The notes beneath the pieces are model-generated. The model was given only the letters and a program-made list of their open reading frames with translations. It had not been told where the DNA came from and did no database searches. Both the position numbers and the translations under genes were made by a program. From the NCBI GenBank assembly GCA_963716725.1, contig CAVQUB010000005.1, positions 224,001 to 288,000 of the forward strand: a stretch of DNA of 64,000 nucleotides, read 5' to 3'. Position 1 is the stretch's first letter; every line of letters starts with the position of its first letter. The DNA comes from an uncultured delta proteobacterium (lineage in GTDB: Bacteria > Myxococcota_A > Polyangia > Polyangiales > Polyangiaceae). Shown here piece after piece: positions 40,485-51,190 of this stretch.

Positions 40485-41120
40485 TCACGGCTTTGGCAAG
40501 CCCGCGCCCGCGCGGATCTTCTCGACGTCGAGCTCGCGGACGTAGCGAATCAGGTTCTGCCAGATGGTGTGGAACCCGAAATCGCCTTGGGTCATCTCGG
40601 CGATGGCGTCCTCCTTGCTCCAGCCCTGGATCACGATCCGGTAGGCCGCGGTCATGGTTCCGGTGCGATCCGCCCCGTGCTGACAGTGCACGAAGACCGG
40701 CTGCTTTTCGGGACTGGTGACGATCTTCAGGAAGCGGACCACGTCTTCGTCCTCGGCGTGCCAGGCCTTGGCGCTGATGTGCTCGTAGCCGAGCGGGAGC
40801 TTTCCGATCTCGTCGCGATCGCTGTGCAGCGCGCGCAGGTTGACCACGGTGCGGACCCCCATGCTCACCAGCTCCGCCATGCCTTCCGCCGTGGGCTGCG
40901 CGCCTCGGTAGTAGGTCGCGTCGACCTGGTGCAGGTTCGGCAGGCCGGGTCGTTCGAGGCGCCGCGCCCAGGTCGCGGGGCGCGTGGCAGGCGCCGCCGC
41001 GCGCGCCGACGAGGCCGGCGGGACGCTCTGTGGCGCCGGACGCGCCTCGGGGGCAGGCGAGCAGGCGACCGCGACCAGCAGCCAAGAGCCGCGGAGCCCA
41101 GCGCGCGAGCGGCCCGCCAT
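40485..41120 (-). CDS. Secreted dual-specificity/tyrosine phosphatase family protein
   Basis: NLHQV, YRGAQP, VHCQHGADRTG (CX5R); lipoprotein-like signal. Confidence 0.88.
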   Translation of the reverse strand: MAGRSRAGLRGSWLLVAVACSPAPEARPAPQSVPPASSARAAAPATRPATWARRLERPGLPNLHQVDATYYRGAQPTAEGMAELVSMGVRTVVNLRALHSDRDEIGKLPLGYEHISAKAWHAEDEDVVRFLKIVTSPEKQPVFVHCQHGADRTGTMTAAYRIVIQGWSKEDAIAEMTQGDFGFHTIWQNLIRYVRELDVEKIRAGAGLPKP

Positions 41121-41130
41121 CCGAGCGATC

Positions 41131-42360
41131 TCACACCGCTGGGGCGGTCTTCTTGCGCGCTTCGCCGAACTTCTTCTTCTTGCCGAGCTTGGCGAAGAAT
41201 TTGTGATCGAGCCACTCGGTCAAGGGCAGCGCGACGTAGATCGACGAATAGGTCCCGACGCTGATGCCGATGATCAGAGTCAGCGCAAAGTCCTTGAGGG
41301 TACCCGTCCCGAAGAAGAACAGCCCCGCCAAACTGATCACAGTCGTGCCGCTGGCCAGCAGCGTCCGATTGAGCATCTCCGAGATGCTCAGGTTCACCAA
41401 GCCGTGGAAGCTTCGCCCGCGGAGCTTGCCCAGGTTTTCGCGCACGCGGTCGTAGACGATCACGGTGTCGTTGATCGAGTAGCCGACGATGGTCAGGACC
41501 GCGGCGACCGTCGTCAAGTTCACCTCGCGTCGAACCAGGACCAAAAACCCAAGGACGATGACCACGTCGTGCGCCATGGCGATCACGGCACCGGGCGCGA
41601 AGCGCAGGTCGAAGCGGAACGCGATGTAGGCCATGATGAACACGATGGAGATCAGGATGGCTTTGAGCGCCGCGTCCCGGAGCTGCGCGCCGGCCTTCGG
41701 CCCGATCCACTCGGAGCGCAGCGGTTCGGCCGGAACTTTGTCGGCGCCGAGGTGGTCGCGCAGACCCGCCATGAGCTGGTCGCCCTTGCTCATCAGCTGG
41801 ATCTCGACCTTGTTGTCCCGCTCGCTCTGGAGTGAGGGGTTGTTGGCGCCCGGCCGGAGCGCGAGGCCGCCCGCCGCCAGGATGCGCTCCTTGATGAACT
41901 CCAGGTCGGGCGCCACCCGGAAACGCGCGGTGATCTTGTCGCCGCCGGGGCTGAACTTGACCTCCGTGGCCGTGCGGTTCGGAGTGCACACGTCGGCGGG
42001 CTGACCCTCGCCGACGCACAGGCTCTTCTCGACCTCGGCCTGCTTCTCCGGCGCGATGGTCGTCACCTCTTGAACGCGGATGATGAAGTGGTTGGCGTTG
42101 TTTGCGTCGTCCACCCGGATCACGTCCGGATGGGAAAACCCCGAGGCTTTGACGGCCTGGCTGACCTCGCTGGCGGCCACGGTGCCGTTGAACGCCACCT
42201 CGATCTCGGTCCCGCCCTTGAAATCGGTGCCGAGTTTGAAGCCGGCGCCCGGGGCGAAGATGCCCACCAACGCCGCGACGACGGCGAGCAACGACGCGCC
42301 GATGAAGAGGCGCCGGTGCCCCATGAAATCGTAGAGACGGCCTAGCGGAATCAGATTCAT
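41131..42360 (-). CDS. secF: Protein translocase subunit SecF
   Basis: GTDFKGG, IGPKAG.QL, HDV, GYSINDTVIVYDRVREN, GTYSSIYVA. Confidence 0.96.
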   Translation of the reverse strand: MNLIPLGRLYDFMGHRRLFIGASLLAVVAALVGIFAPGAGFKLGTDFKGGTEIEVAFNGTVAASEVSQAVKASGFSHPDVIRVDDANNANHFIIRVQEVTTIAPEKQAEVEKSLCVGEGQPADVCTPNRTATEVKFSPGGDKITARFRVAPDLEFIKERILAAGGLALRPGANNPSLQSERDNKVEIQLMSKGDQLMAGLRDHLGADKVPAEPLRSEWIGPKAGAQLRDAALKAILISIVFIMAYIAFRFDLRFAPGAVIAMAHDVVIVLGFLVLVRREVNLTTVAAVLTIVGYSINDTVIVYDRVRENLGKLRGRSFHGLVNLSISEMLNRTLLASGTTVISLAGLFFFGTGTLKDFALTLIIGISVGTYSSIYVALPLTEWLDHKFFAKLGKKKKFGEARKKTAPAV

Positions 42361-42364
42361 GGCA

Positions 42365-44472
42365 TCACCCGATGTCCAAGTGGGTCTTGCGCCCGAAGCC
42401 GCGGGCCCAGAGCTCGAAGAAGGTGCGGCTGACGACCACCGCGGTGAAGAGGTTGATCAGCACGCCGACGGTCAGCGTCACGGCGAAGCCCTTGACGGGG
42501 CCGGAGCCGTACTGTGCCAGCACGATGGCCGAGATTAGGGTCGTCAGGTTGCCGTCGACGATGGCCGAGAGCGCGCGACCGAAGCCTACTTCGATGGCCG
42601 CCCGCGCGGTCTTCCCGGCTCGCTGTTCTTCTCGTATGCGCTCGTTGATGAGCACGCTTCCGTCCACGCCCATGCCGACGGTCAGCGCGATGCCGGCGAT
42701 GCCGGGCAGGGTCATCGCGGCGCCGAAGGTGGCCAGCACCGCGAGCTGCAGAAAGATGTTGATCAGCACGGCGGCGTCGGCGATGAGGCCGCCCCGCTTG
42801 TAGTAGATGAGCATGAAGAGCAGCACGAGCGCCACGCCGATGCCGGAACCGCGGACCGCCAGGCCGATGGCCTCTTGCCCAACGACGGCCCGATGCGTTG
42901 CTCGTTCGAAGGCGAGATCGGCGCTGGGAGAGCGCCCGATCGCAGCACCAGCTCCAGCTTGCGCGCGTCGCGGAGCTGGATGTCCGGGTCCTGGGCGCCC
43001 ATGGTGATCTGGGCGTGGCCGCCGGCAATGCGGTTCAAGATGACCGGCGTGCTCTCGACCCGGCCGTCGAGCATGATCGCGAAGCGCTTCTTCACGTTGG
43101 CGCCGGTGATTCGCTCGAAGGCCTTGCCACCCGACTCGGTGAAGGTGAGCGCAACGTGCCAGCCGCCCATGGTCCGGCCGCCCTGTTGGTCCGGCTGAGC
43201 CTGAGCCTCGGTGACCTGGGCGCCGGTGATCTCCGCGCGGGACCTGAGCAGGTAGGTGCGCCAGCCTGCTTCGCTCTGCTTGAGCGTGTCCGGGTTGGTC
43301 TCGTACACCGGCTCGAAGCCGAGCTCCCGGTCTTGCGGTGGAGTGAGCGTTCCCGCCCACTCCTTGAAGCGCGTGAGCGCGTCCTTGATCTTCTCGTCGG
43401 GCTTCTTCTTCAGATAGGCGTAGGTGATCTGCTTGTTCTTCTGATCGCCGCTCTCGTCGAGGCCAATCGGCGCCGTCTCACGAGCGAACTCCAGCCCTTC
43501 GGGCAGGCTCTCTTTGGCAGCGGTCTTGGCGACCTCGCCGATGTAGTCGGTCTCGTCGTCGAGCAGCTTGAACTCCAGGCGCGCCGTCTGGCTGATGATG
43601 TCGCGGATGGTCGCGAAGCTGGCCTCGTCTTCACCCGGGACCTCGACGATGATGTCCTCGTTGCGGGTCGAGACGCTCGCCTCACGAAGGCCGAGGTCGT
43701 CGACGCGCCGCAAGATGATCTCTTTTGCTTGGGCCACCGCGCGCTCGCGAATCGTGGTCTCAGAGGTCTCTCGGACGCGGAACACCCACTTACGCTTGTC
43801 ATCGCTCTGCGTGTAGGTGAGATCGGAACGGAACTTCTCGACGAAGCGCTCGTCAATCTTGGACGGGTCGTCCTTGACGTCGAAGCGGACCACGTTGGCG
43901 GGGGTGCGCGGTGCCTCGATGGCGACCTTCTCGCGCAGCTTGACCAGCGACTCTTCGCTGGGCAGCTCGTCGCCGCTGTGCAGTCCGTAAATTTTGGCGA
44001 GCTCGGCCCGCATCTGCTCGTAGTAGCGATCGCGCTTGTCCTTGACCGCCTCGTCGACGTCGACGGAGTAGACGAGGCGCATGCCGCCGCGCAGATCGAG
44101 CCCGGCCACCAGGCGAAATTTGCTGTTTTGCTCGACGTAATCCGGGCAGGGCAGCTTCCCGCCGCTCAGCCGCTCGAGGGTGGGCCAGAGCACGAAGAAC
44201 CCCGTGGTCAGCAGGGTGAAGACCAGGCCCGCACGAATGCGCCAGGCCACATCGACCAACTCGACGGCGACAAAGGCGCTCCAGAGCGAGAGCAGGCCGA
44301 ACATCACCATTGGCCAGAACGCTTGGAAGTACGCGGCGCCCGCCCCGCAGGCTGCGAGGATGGCGGCGAGCCAGAGGGAGACGCGATGCGCCCGCTTGAC
44401 CCAGCCGAGGGCCAAGAACATCAATGCGAACGCGCCGTAAACGAAGGTGACGGGATTGATTTGCGCGAGCAC
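42365..44472 (-). CDS. secD: Protein translocase subunit SecD (frameshift in G run ~42879, probably an assembly error)
   Basis: GLDLRGG, RRVDDLG, LRSGALPAP, IGPSLG; then in the shifted frame TLPGIAGIALTVGMGVD...INERIREE, GPVKGFAVTL. Confidence 0.93.
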
Positions 44473-44475
44473 GAC

Positions 44476-44886
44476 TCAGTCTTTCTTGGCGGGCTGAACG
44501 TCGCCGGTGTCTTTGCCCAGGAGCCCCGACTTCAGCAGCTCCACCTTCACCCCGGGTGCCACCTCGACCTTGGCGTAGCGATCCCCGATCTCGACTAGCT
44601 TTCCGACGAGCCCGGACTGAGTAAGCACGCGGTCGCCCTTCTTCAATCCGGAAATCGCGGCCTGCTGCTTCTTCTGCTGCGATCGAGAGGACCAGAACAT
44701 GAAGAACAGCAGGGGCACCAAGAGCAGCATCGGAAAGAGCATCGACATGCCCCCGGGCTGCTCGCCCCCGGCGGGCGGGGGTGCTTGCGTGTGTCCGGGT
44801 GCGGGCTGTGCCGGTTGCGGTGCTGGTGCGCCGGGCGCCTCGGGACGGCCCGGGGCTGGCGGGACTGCCTGGAAGAAAGAGGTCAA
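44476..44886 (-). CDS. yajC: Preprotein translocase subunit YajC
   Basis: TM followed by QQKKQQ, LKKGDRVLTQSGLVG, EVAPGVKV; directly upstream of secD. Confidence 0.92.
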   Translation of the reverse strand: MTSFFQAVPPAPGRPEAPGAPAPQPAQPAPGHTQAPPPAGGEQPGGMSMLFPMLLLVPLLFFMFWSSRSQQKKQQAAISGLKKGDRVLTQSGLVGKLVEIGDRYAKVEVAPGVKVELLKSGLLGKDTGDVQPAKKD

Positions 44887-45130
44887 CCTGATGTCTCCTG
44901 GAGCGAGCTGAAAACCTGAATGCGCGTCTGGGTGCGCGGGGGTGCTCGGGCGACCGCACGGCGAGCGCGAGACGCCTCCCCGGCGGAGCGGCGAAGCTCT
45001 CGAAGCGCCGAAGCCGCCGGCTCATACCCAGTTTGTGGGGGGTCCGCAAGGACGCGGCCGCGCTGCCGACGGGGTCGCGCCCAATCGCTAAACGTCGGTG
45101 CAGGCCCTCGGCGATCTCGCGGCGAGCGTC

Positions 45131-45159
45131 TTGACACTGAAGGACCCGGAGGGTAGTTG
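45131..45159 (+). promoter_or_regulatory. Possible sigma70 promoter for tRNA-Val/thrS
   Basis: Perfect TTGACA, 17 nt spacer, then TAGTTG (weak -10), ~35 nt before the tRNA. Confidence 0.4.
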
Positions 45160-45193
45160 GATTCCCCCTTGGTTTCTGAGGGTTTCAACTTCC

Positions 45194-45265
<72 letters not shown>

Positions 45266-45310
45266 CGACTTTCTTCATGATGACCGGGACACCTTGAGTT
45301 GCTGGCCTTG

Positions 45311-47358
45311 ATGGCGGACGTGCAACGCACGCCGCGCGAGCTCTTGGAGGCCCGCGGGGAGTTCGCTGACGAGATCGTCGCCGTGTTGGTCGACGGCAAG
45401 ATCGTCGATCTGCACACGCCCGTGGCCGACGGCGCGACCCTGGAGCCGATCAGAGTCGGCGACGCGCGTGCACTCTCCGTCATCCGTCACTCGGCGGCGC
45501 ACATAATGGCCGACGCCGTTCAGCGGCTCTTCCCCGGCACTCAGGTCACCATCGGCCCGGCCGTGGAGAGCGGCTTCTACTACGACTTCGATCGCCCCGA
45601 CGGCCCGTTCACGGACAAAGATCTGGCGCGGATCGAGAAGGAGATGAAGAAGATCATCTCCGGGAAGAAGCCCTTCACTCGCGAAGAGATGAGCCACGAG
45701 CAGGTGCGTTCGCTCTTTGACGGCATGGGCGAGAAGTACAAATGCGAGATCATCGACACCATCGCTGCTCGCGGTGAGTCGATCAGCGTGTACCGCCACG
45801 GCAGTCCCGGTCGAAAAGATGGCAGCTGGTTCGACGTGTGCGCCGGGCCTCACGTGCCCCACGCGGGGCATCTGGGCGCGGTGAAGCTCACCACCGTCGC
45901 GGGCGCCTATTGGCGCGGCGACGAGCGCAACCCGATGCTCCAGCGCATCTACGGCACGGCGTTCCCCACGGAGGCCGATCTCGAAGCCTACTTGAAGCAG
46001 CTCGAGGAGGCCAAGGCGCGCGATCACCGCAAGCTCGGCAAGGAGCTCGAGCTGTTCGATGTTTCACGAGTACGCGCCGGCCATGCCGTTCTTCTTGCCG
46101 CGCGGCGCCAGCGTCTACCACCGCCTCGTCCAGTACGTGCGCGACCTCTACGTCGACTACGGCTACGAAGAGGTCATCACCCCGCAGGTGTTCGACAAGA
46201 AGCTGTTCGAGACCAGCGGTCACTGGGAGAACTACCAGGACAACATGTTCCTGCGCGTCACCCGTGACGCCTACCAGGACATCGTCGCCGGGAACCCCGA
46301 GGCGCTCGCTGCCATCGAGGGCAAAGGGAACCGCGAGTGGTTCGAGCAGTGGGTCGGCGGCTCGATCCGTACGGGCCTCAAGCCCATGAACTGCCCAAGC
46401 CACTGCCTGATCTTCGGCCAGCGCAAGCGCCGCGTACCGCGAGCTGCCCTGGCGCGTGGCCGACTTCGGTCGACTGCACCGCTACGAGCGCGGTGGTGTG
46501 GTGCACGGCCTGGCGCGCGTCCGTACCTTCTGTCAGGACGACGCTCACATCTTCTGCACGCCGGAGCAGATGGTCGAGGAGATCAGCGCGTTCAACCGCC
46601 TGCTCTTCGAGGTCTACAACGCGTTCGCTTTCGACAAGGTCGCCATCAAGCTGGCGCTCAGGCCCGAGAAACGCGTCGGCACCGACGAGATGTGGGACCG
46701 GGCCGAGGCCGCCCTCGAGCAGGTCTTGGTCGAGGCCAATTTGCCCTTCGAGAAGCTCGATGGCGAGGGCGCGTTCTACGGTCCGAAGCTCGAGTTCCAC
46801 GTCACCGACGCCATCGGGCGCAGCTGGCAGCTCGGCACCATTCAGGTCGACTACGCGCTGCCCGAGCGCTTCGGGCTCGACTACATCGGCAGCGACGGCG
46901 CGGCTCACCGCCCAGTGATGCTTCACCGGGCCATCTTGGGTTCGCTCGAGCGCTTCTACGGCGTGTACCTCGAGCACTGCGCCGGAAAGTTCCCGGTCTG
47001 GCTCGCGCCGGAGCAGATCATCTTGCTCACCGTGAGCGAGCGGCAGTCCGACTACGCTCAGAAGGTGGCGGCAGAGCTCCGGGCCCTGGGCCTGCGCGTG
47101 CTCGTCGACGACGGAGCGGACAAGCTGGGCGCGAAGATCAGAAACGCGCGCTTGATGCGGCACCCCTACCTGGTCGTGATCGGAGACGACGAGGCGACCG
47201 CCGGGACGCTGTCTCCCCGCTCCAGGGACGCCGGCGAGCTCGGCAGCATGACGGTCGCGGCATTTGCGGAGCGCGTGCTCCGCGAAGCGAGCGCACCACG
47301 ACTCGAAAAGACTCACGCGGCCGGACCGCGAGAACAGGAATCGAACATCAGCACATGA
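45311..47358 (+). CDS. thrS: Threonine--tRNA ligase (two single-base insertions at ~46058 and ~46431, probably assembly errors)
   Basis: RHSAAH, GFYYDF, CAGPHV, GAYWRG, LQRIYGT, RDHRKLG, SGHW, KPMNCP.H, F.QDDAHIF, GAFYGPK, HRAILGSLERF, spread over three frames. Confidence 0.95.
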
Positions 47359-48128
47359 GCAACGGGCGCCGATTCAGCCGGGAGCCACGTGCTCCTCAGA
47401 TCCGCATCAACCACCGCATCCGAGTGCCGGAGGTGCGCGTCGTCGCAGAAGACGGCTCGAACCTCGGCGTATTGCCTACCGGCGACGCGATTCGCCGAGC
47501 GCAAGAGGCCGGCCTCGACTTGGTCGAGGTCAACCCCAAGGGTGCGCCTCCAGTCTGCAAAATCCTCGACTTCGGAAAGTACAAGTACGAAGAGAAGAAG
47601 AAGCAGCGCGAGACCAAGCGCAAGCAGACGGTGGTGGAAATCAAGGAGATCAAGCTCCGACCCAAGACCGACGATCACGACATGGCGGTGAAGGTCCGCG
47701 CCGCGCGCAGGTTCGCCGAAGCCGGCAACAAGGTGAGGTTCACGGTTCGCTTCCGTGGCCGAGAAATCACTCACCCCGAGGTCGCGCAGCGCCAGATCGC
47801 GTTTCTGCTCAAGCAGATGGAAGACATCTGCAACATCGAGCAGCACCCGGCGATGGAGAACCGCGCCATGGCGGCCGTCGTGTCGCCGAAGCCGGCGGTC
47901 TTGCAGCGGGTCGCGCAAGAGCGTGCGCAGCGCGAGAAGGACCGCGAGAAGGCCCGCGATGACGGCCATAGCGAGCCCTTCAACGCGGCGCCGGAGGAGG
48001 AAGACGAAGAGCTTCACGAGCCGGACGACGACGATGACGATGACGACGACGGCGACGACGGAGACGGCGAAGCCAGCGACGGCGAAGCCACCGACGGTGA
48101 AGCCGGCGACGGCGGCGACAAGAGCTGA
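47355..48128 (+). CDS. infC: Translation initiation factor IF-3 with acidic C-terminal extension
   Basis: RIN..IRVPEVRV, GLDLVEVNP...PPVCKILDFGKYKYE, KEIKLRPKTDDHD, FRGREITH; ATGA overlap with the thrS stop. Confidence 0.96.
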   Translation: MSNGRRFSREPRAPQIRINHRIRVPEVRVVAEDGSNLGVLPTGDAIRRAQEAGLDLVEVNPKGAPPVCKILDFGKYKYEEKKKQRETKRKQTVVEIKEIKLRPKTDDHDMAVKVRAARRFAEAGNKVRFTVRFRGREITHPEVAQRQIAFLLKQMEDICNIEQHPAMENRAMAAVVSPKPAVLQRVAQERAQREKDREKARDDGHSEPFNAAPEEEDEELHEPDDDDDDDDDGDDGDGEASDGEATDGEAGDGGDKS

Positions 48129-48248
48129 CGAAGCTAGCGCTGCGCTCCCTGTGTCTCCGCGCTCCGCGGCGATGGCAGCGAGCGCCAGCGCGGCTCCGAG
48201 TACGCGCGGCGAGTTTCTGAAGACGTGAACCGCTGCAGGCGGGAGCGT

Positions 48249-49654
48249 TCAGCGCTTCAACAGACCGGTGATGCTGGTCGGGAGCACACCCGCGAAGTAA
48301 GCGCCAACCACGCCGCCGATCACGATCAGCACCAAGAAGAACACGATCAGGCCGCCCTTGCCGCCGGACTGGGGCGGTGGGGAGAGCGCGGGCACCGAGG
48401 GCAGCGGCGCGCTGGGCGGCGACGCCATCACCACCGCCGACGGGGGCGCTACCGATCCGGGTCGGTGGCGCCCGGAGTGCGTGTCGTCCTCGAGGGCTGC
48501 GAGGTTCCCGAGCTCGAAGGAGACCGGCGAGGCCCCCGGCCCAGGGTTCGAAGCGGGATTCGGACCCATGCCGCTCCAGTCTTGAGATTCGTCGAACGAG
48601 CCGAGGTTGAGCGGTGCTGCGCCCAGCTCGGCGCTCGATCGATCGCCGCTCTCTCCGCCTTGGAGCGAGGTGAACTCGAAGAGTGCCTCCTCGATCAGCG
48701 AGCCGATGATCGACTTCTTGTCCTGAAGCTTACCGTCGTCGCGGCTCCTGACGACTGGCTCGACCAGGGCAGCAATGTCGAACGATGACACCGGGTGTCC
48801 GGAGTGGAACAGGAGCGTATTCAGGTCGCGGCCGAGATCGCGCGCCGCCTGGTAGCGCTGAGACGGCTCGCGGGCGAGAGCCTTGGCGAGCACTCGGTCG
48901 AGTTCGGCGGTCGCGTGCGGGTGAAAATCGCGGATCGACGGGATACGCGCCGCCTGCACCTGCCGCACGGTGTCGAGATCGCTGTCGCCCAAGAAGAGGC
49001 GACGACCCGCCAGCATCTCCCACAAGATGATGCCGACCGCAAAGATGTCGGTTCGGTGGTCGATGGGCTGACCCAGCGCGGCTTCTGGTGAGAGGTAGCT
49101 GAACTTGCCCTTGATGATGCCCGGCTCGCTCTTCTCGAGCTGGCTGTTGGCCTTGGCCAGGCCGAAGTCCACGATCTTGACCTCGCCGTGACGCGTGATG
49201 AGCACGTTCGGCGGCGACATGTCGCGGTGAACGATACCGAGGCCGTGTCCGTGTCCGTCCGTCGCTCGTGCGCGTAAGAGAGCCCCTCGCAGATGCGCAG
49301 ACAGATCAGCGCGGCGAGCTCCAACGGGAATGGTTTTCCCCCTCGGCGCGTATGGTCGATGATGGCCTTCAGGTCGGCGCCATCGACGTACTCCATGACG
49401 ATGAAGTAGGTGTTGTCGCCAACGCCGATGTCGAAGACCTGAACGCAGTTCGAGTGCGAGAGGTGCGCCGAGAGCCGCGCCTCGTCCAGGAACATCCCGA
49501 TGAACTGCTTCTTCTCGGAGAGATGCGGCAGAACGCGCTTGATCGCGACGGTCTTCTTGAAGCCCTCGAGTCCGGCGCTCTCCGCACGGAACACCTCCGC
49601 CATGCCGCCGGAGGCGATCTTCTCGATGACTCTGTACCGTTGTTGCTGGGCCAT
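48249..49654 (-). CDS. Hanks-type Ser/Thr protein kinase with C-terminal TM (frameshift ~49265)
   Basis: IASGGMAEV, VAIKR, FLDEAR, MEYVDG; then HRDMSPPN, DFGLAK, KGKFSYLSPE, DIFAVG. Confidence 0.93.
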
Positions 49655-49786
49655 CGCGATCCGCGGCGCTCGAGAAGACGCGCGCTTTCCGGGCGCGAAA
49701 GCCAGCCTAGGCGCCTGCGGGAGCGGGGGTCAAGAACCAGGATCTCGGTCGGATCTCGACGCAGCAACGGGCAGGTGCCGGGGCGC

Positions 49787-50572
49787 TCAGGTTCGGGTCT
49801 CGCGGAAGCGACTCAGCCGTCGCAAAAGCCCCAGGTGGCCATCCGGCACCGGGTCGAAGCGGCTTGCTTCGAACAGGGTCTGACTCGTCAAGTCGTCCCT
49901 CGTGGCCACGAGCGCTGCGACGATACGCCGTCGACTCGAGCCGTCAACGTGGCGTCCCACGGCGATCACGTCACCCGGAATCGGTCCCACCAAGAGCAGC
50001 ACGCGAACGGAGTTTGGCGGAAACCCCAGCGCTAGCCAGGACGCCGATGCCAGCTTTCCCGTCACGGGATCGAGCCCCACGTGGGTCGCGCCGACATCCG
50101 CGCGTCCTTCGAGAACGGCCCGCGTCACTGCCTCGTGGCTGCCCAAGATCGTCTCGTCTCCGAAGCACTCTTCCAGTCGAAGTCCCAGGGACCTGAGGTG
50201 CCAGCGCGGGACGAAGTATCCCGATGCGCTCTCCTTCGACACCCACGCAGCGCGAACGCCGAGCAAATCCTCGACCGCGTTCAGGCGCGATTCGGCCTTG
50301 GCGAACAAGGCCGAGTAGTACCCGGCGCGGGTGGAACGGTGCACCACCACCGCGCTGTCGGCACATCCCGCGTCTTCCAGATCGACGGCGACGAGAGGAG
50401 GGGCCCAGACGAGGTCCAAGCTCCCGGACAGCGCGCTGTCGCGGAGCTCGGCGTAGGACCCGAGCACCCGGGGCTCGAAGGCCAGCCCGGTCGCGCGAGC
50501 GAGCTTCGCGCAGAACTGCTCGAGGGCCTCTCCCGTGGCTGCATCGGCAGAAACAGCGGCAAAAGTCAGCAT
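49787..50572 (-). CDS. PhnD/SsuA-like solute-binding-fold protein without signal peptide
   Basis: SYAEL...L..G..DLVW.PP, YYSALF, SASGY..P, GSHEAV..AV..G.ADVGAT, PIPGD. Confidence 0.8.
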   Translation of the reverse strand: MLTFAAVSADAATGEALEQFCAKLARATGLAFEPRVLGSYAELRDSALSGSLDLVWAPPLVAVDLEDAGCADSAVVVHRSTRAGYYSALFAKAESRLNAVEDLLGVRAAWVSKESASGYFVPRWHLRSLGLRLEECFGDETILGSHEAVTRAVLEGRADVGATHVGLDPVTGKLASASWLALGFPPNSVRVLLLVGPIPGDVIAVGRHVDGSSRRRIVAALVATRDDLTSQTLFEASRFDPVPDGHLGLLRRLSRFRETRT

Positions 50573-50653
50573 GCACGCGCCTCCGGACCGGTATGCCCCC
50601 GTTGTGCCGGGAAGTCACCTCGGCGCCGGCGCAAGTTGTGCTATGGACCAGCC

Positions 50654-50965
50654 ATGGCGTCCCAGCATCACGATGAAACGGACGGCGTCGTCTTCTCCCA
50701 TCCGACCGAAGAGCCGGAAGAGCTGGACGCCGACGAGCCGCGGACGCCAGGCTGGATGCCGCTCCTCGGAGGAGTGCTGTTCTTGGGAGCCGCGATCTTC
50801 TTCGTCGCTACCCAACCGCCCGGCAAGACCACCGAAGAGCTGCAGCGAGCAGCCCAGGCCGCCGCGGAAGAGGCGAAAGCCAAGGCCGCCCCGCCGGCTC
50901 CACCCGATCCGACTCCGGTGCCGGACCAGGTTGCAGCGGCCGCTCAGCCGCGTAAAGGCGGTTGA
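50654..50965 (+). CDS. Hypothetical single-TM protein
   Basis: DEPRTPGWMP.LG..LF TM, then an Ala/Pro-rich tail. Confidence 0.6.
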   Translation: MASQHHDETDGVVFSHPTEEPEELDADEPRTPGWMPLLGGVLFLGAAIFFVATQPPGKTTEELQRAAQAAAEEAKAKAAPPAPPDPTPVPDQVAAAAQPRKGG

Positions 50966-51105
50966 GGCAGCTGAGCCCGCCGGTCGGCGGGCACGACGAG
51001 CGAAGCGAGGGAGCGGTCCATCCGGCGCGCAGCGGCGCGAGCTCGCGCTGGTCAAAAAGCCCTCGCCTTTGTCCACGCCTCATGCAATATGCCGCGTCCC
51101 TTCCC

Positions 51106-51178
51106 GGGGTCGTAGCTCAGCTGGGAGAGCGCCTGGATGGCATCCAGGAGGTCTGGGGTTCGATCCCCCACGGCTCCA
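51106..51178 (+). tRNA. tRNA-Ala(GGC), CCA not encoded
   Basis: Acceptor GGGGTCG/CGGCTCC with G3:U70, anticodon arm CCTGG-ATGGCAT-CCAGG, GGTTCGATCC. Confidence 0.97.
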
Positions 51179-51190
51179 CGAAACGCAAGG

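Noticed and set aside
44887..45130. Riboswitch or ncRNA in the yajC/tRNA-Val intergenic region
   Set aside because: Only generic GC-rich hairpins; no recognisable conserved motif.
45311..47358. thrS (and secD) as true pseudogenes or programmed frameshifts
   Set aside because: Housekeeping genes with otherwise intact motifs and no slippery heptamer; best explained as assembly indels.
50966..51060. REP-like element (GCCCGCCG/CGGCGGGC hairpin, GAGCGAAGCGAG)
   Set aside because: No second clear copy found in the window, so it cannot be distinguished from a simple terminator.
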